Notes under the pieces: generated by a model | The model's database searches: none | Told to the model about the DNA's origin: nothing | The model's input: only the letters and a program-made list of their open reading frames with translations | Shown here: positions 63,901 through 64,000 of the stretch, in pieces | Position numbering within the stretch: position 1 is the first letter of the stretch | Layout: every line of letters starts with the position of its first letter | NCBI GenBank assembly: GCA_037200905.1 | Contig: JBBCGN010000001.1 | Coordinates: forward strand, 25,380-89,379 | Reading direction: 5' to 3' | DNA from: a bacterium | GTDB taxonomy: Bacteria > Patescibacteriota > Minisyncoccia > Phycocordibacterales > UBA9973 | DNA length: 64,000 nt | Made by a program: the position numbers and the translations under genes

Positions 63901-64000
63901 GCCCCCTGAGTCCGGGGGCCGGGACCGCGGAAATCGGGCACACTGGCTCCCAGTTTTTCCGACCGCCCCTGCCTCGGCCCCGATGCTTGACAAATTGCTT

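Noticed and set aside
1-64000. Calling the fragmented genes pseudogenes
   Set aside because: The shifts hit essential genes throughout, and one is demonstrably a homopolymer insertion. They are more consistent with sequencing error, so the genes are annotated as CDS with approximate bounds.
1-64000. CRISPR arrays, tRNA, rRNA and tmRNA
   Set aside because: No regularly spaced direct repeats and no tRNA T-arm/acceptor signatures were found on either strand by eye.

Overview
Mostly minus-strand, housekeeping-dense window with many short intergenic gaps. Promoters match TTGACT-N17-TATAAT and sit 5-8 nt before start codons, so leaders are often very short. From gene content, a eukaryote-like type-2 IleRS, an abundance of small hypothetical proteins and a type IV pilus cluster, I infer a small-genome bacterium, possibly CPR/Patescibacteria-like. 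That guess is weak.

Genes I recognise:
- Cell division and recombination: ftsK, recA, recO, recJ, tatD, rnhA, lexA.
- Translation and RNA: efp, rpsF-ssb-rpsR, rpsO-NYN-pnp, nusA, rny, tig, clpP.
- tRNA synthetases: metG, glyQS, argS, ileS.
- Nucleotide and one-carbon metabolism: dut, tmk, glyA, ppa.
- Glycolysis: pgk, tpiA.
- Competence: comEC (split), comM.
- Type IV pilus: pilB, pilC, three prepilin-like genes and a secreted VWA protein.
- Other: a SOD-family gene, an HU gene (hup), dksA/traR-like, HIT, HAD, NUDIX, M16 peptidase, MFS and AI-2E transporters.

The most notable system is a complete diversity-generating retroelement (DGR) at about 33.4-35.9 kb. It has a DGR-type reverse transcriptase (LGNLTSQ and YADD motifs) and a 96-bp template repeat. 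The variable repeat sits at the 3' end of a roughly 210-aa target gene. The 14 TR/VR mismatches all fall on template adenines. A likely Avd-like four-helix-bundle gene lies on the opposite strand.

Other notable points:
- ileS carries an in-frame insertion of a complete histidine-phosphatase (PGAM-like) domain.
- A T-box leader sits between argS and ileS.
- A terminator-hairpin plus consensus promoter module occurs twice; one copy drives the DGR target gene.
- A 24-bp perfect inverted repeat lies upstream of ftsK.
- A Cheo-type LexA box lies upstream of lexA.
- There are AT-rich islands at about 8.2-9.4 kb and 50.4-51.4 kb.

Caveat on coordinates: most long genes are split into 2-5 ORF fragments by frameshifts. 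The one I resolved to the base is an extra C in a C-run in tatD, so these are more likely homopolymer sequencing errors than pseudogenes. Coordinates of such genes are therefore approximate. I found no tRNA, rRNA or CRISPR array.
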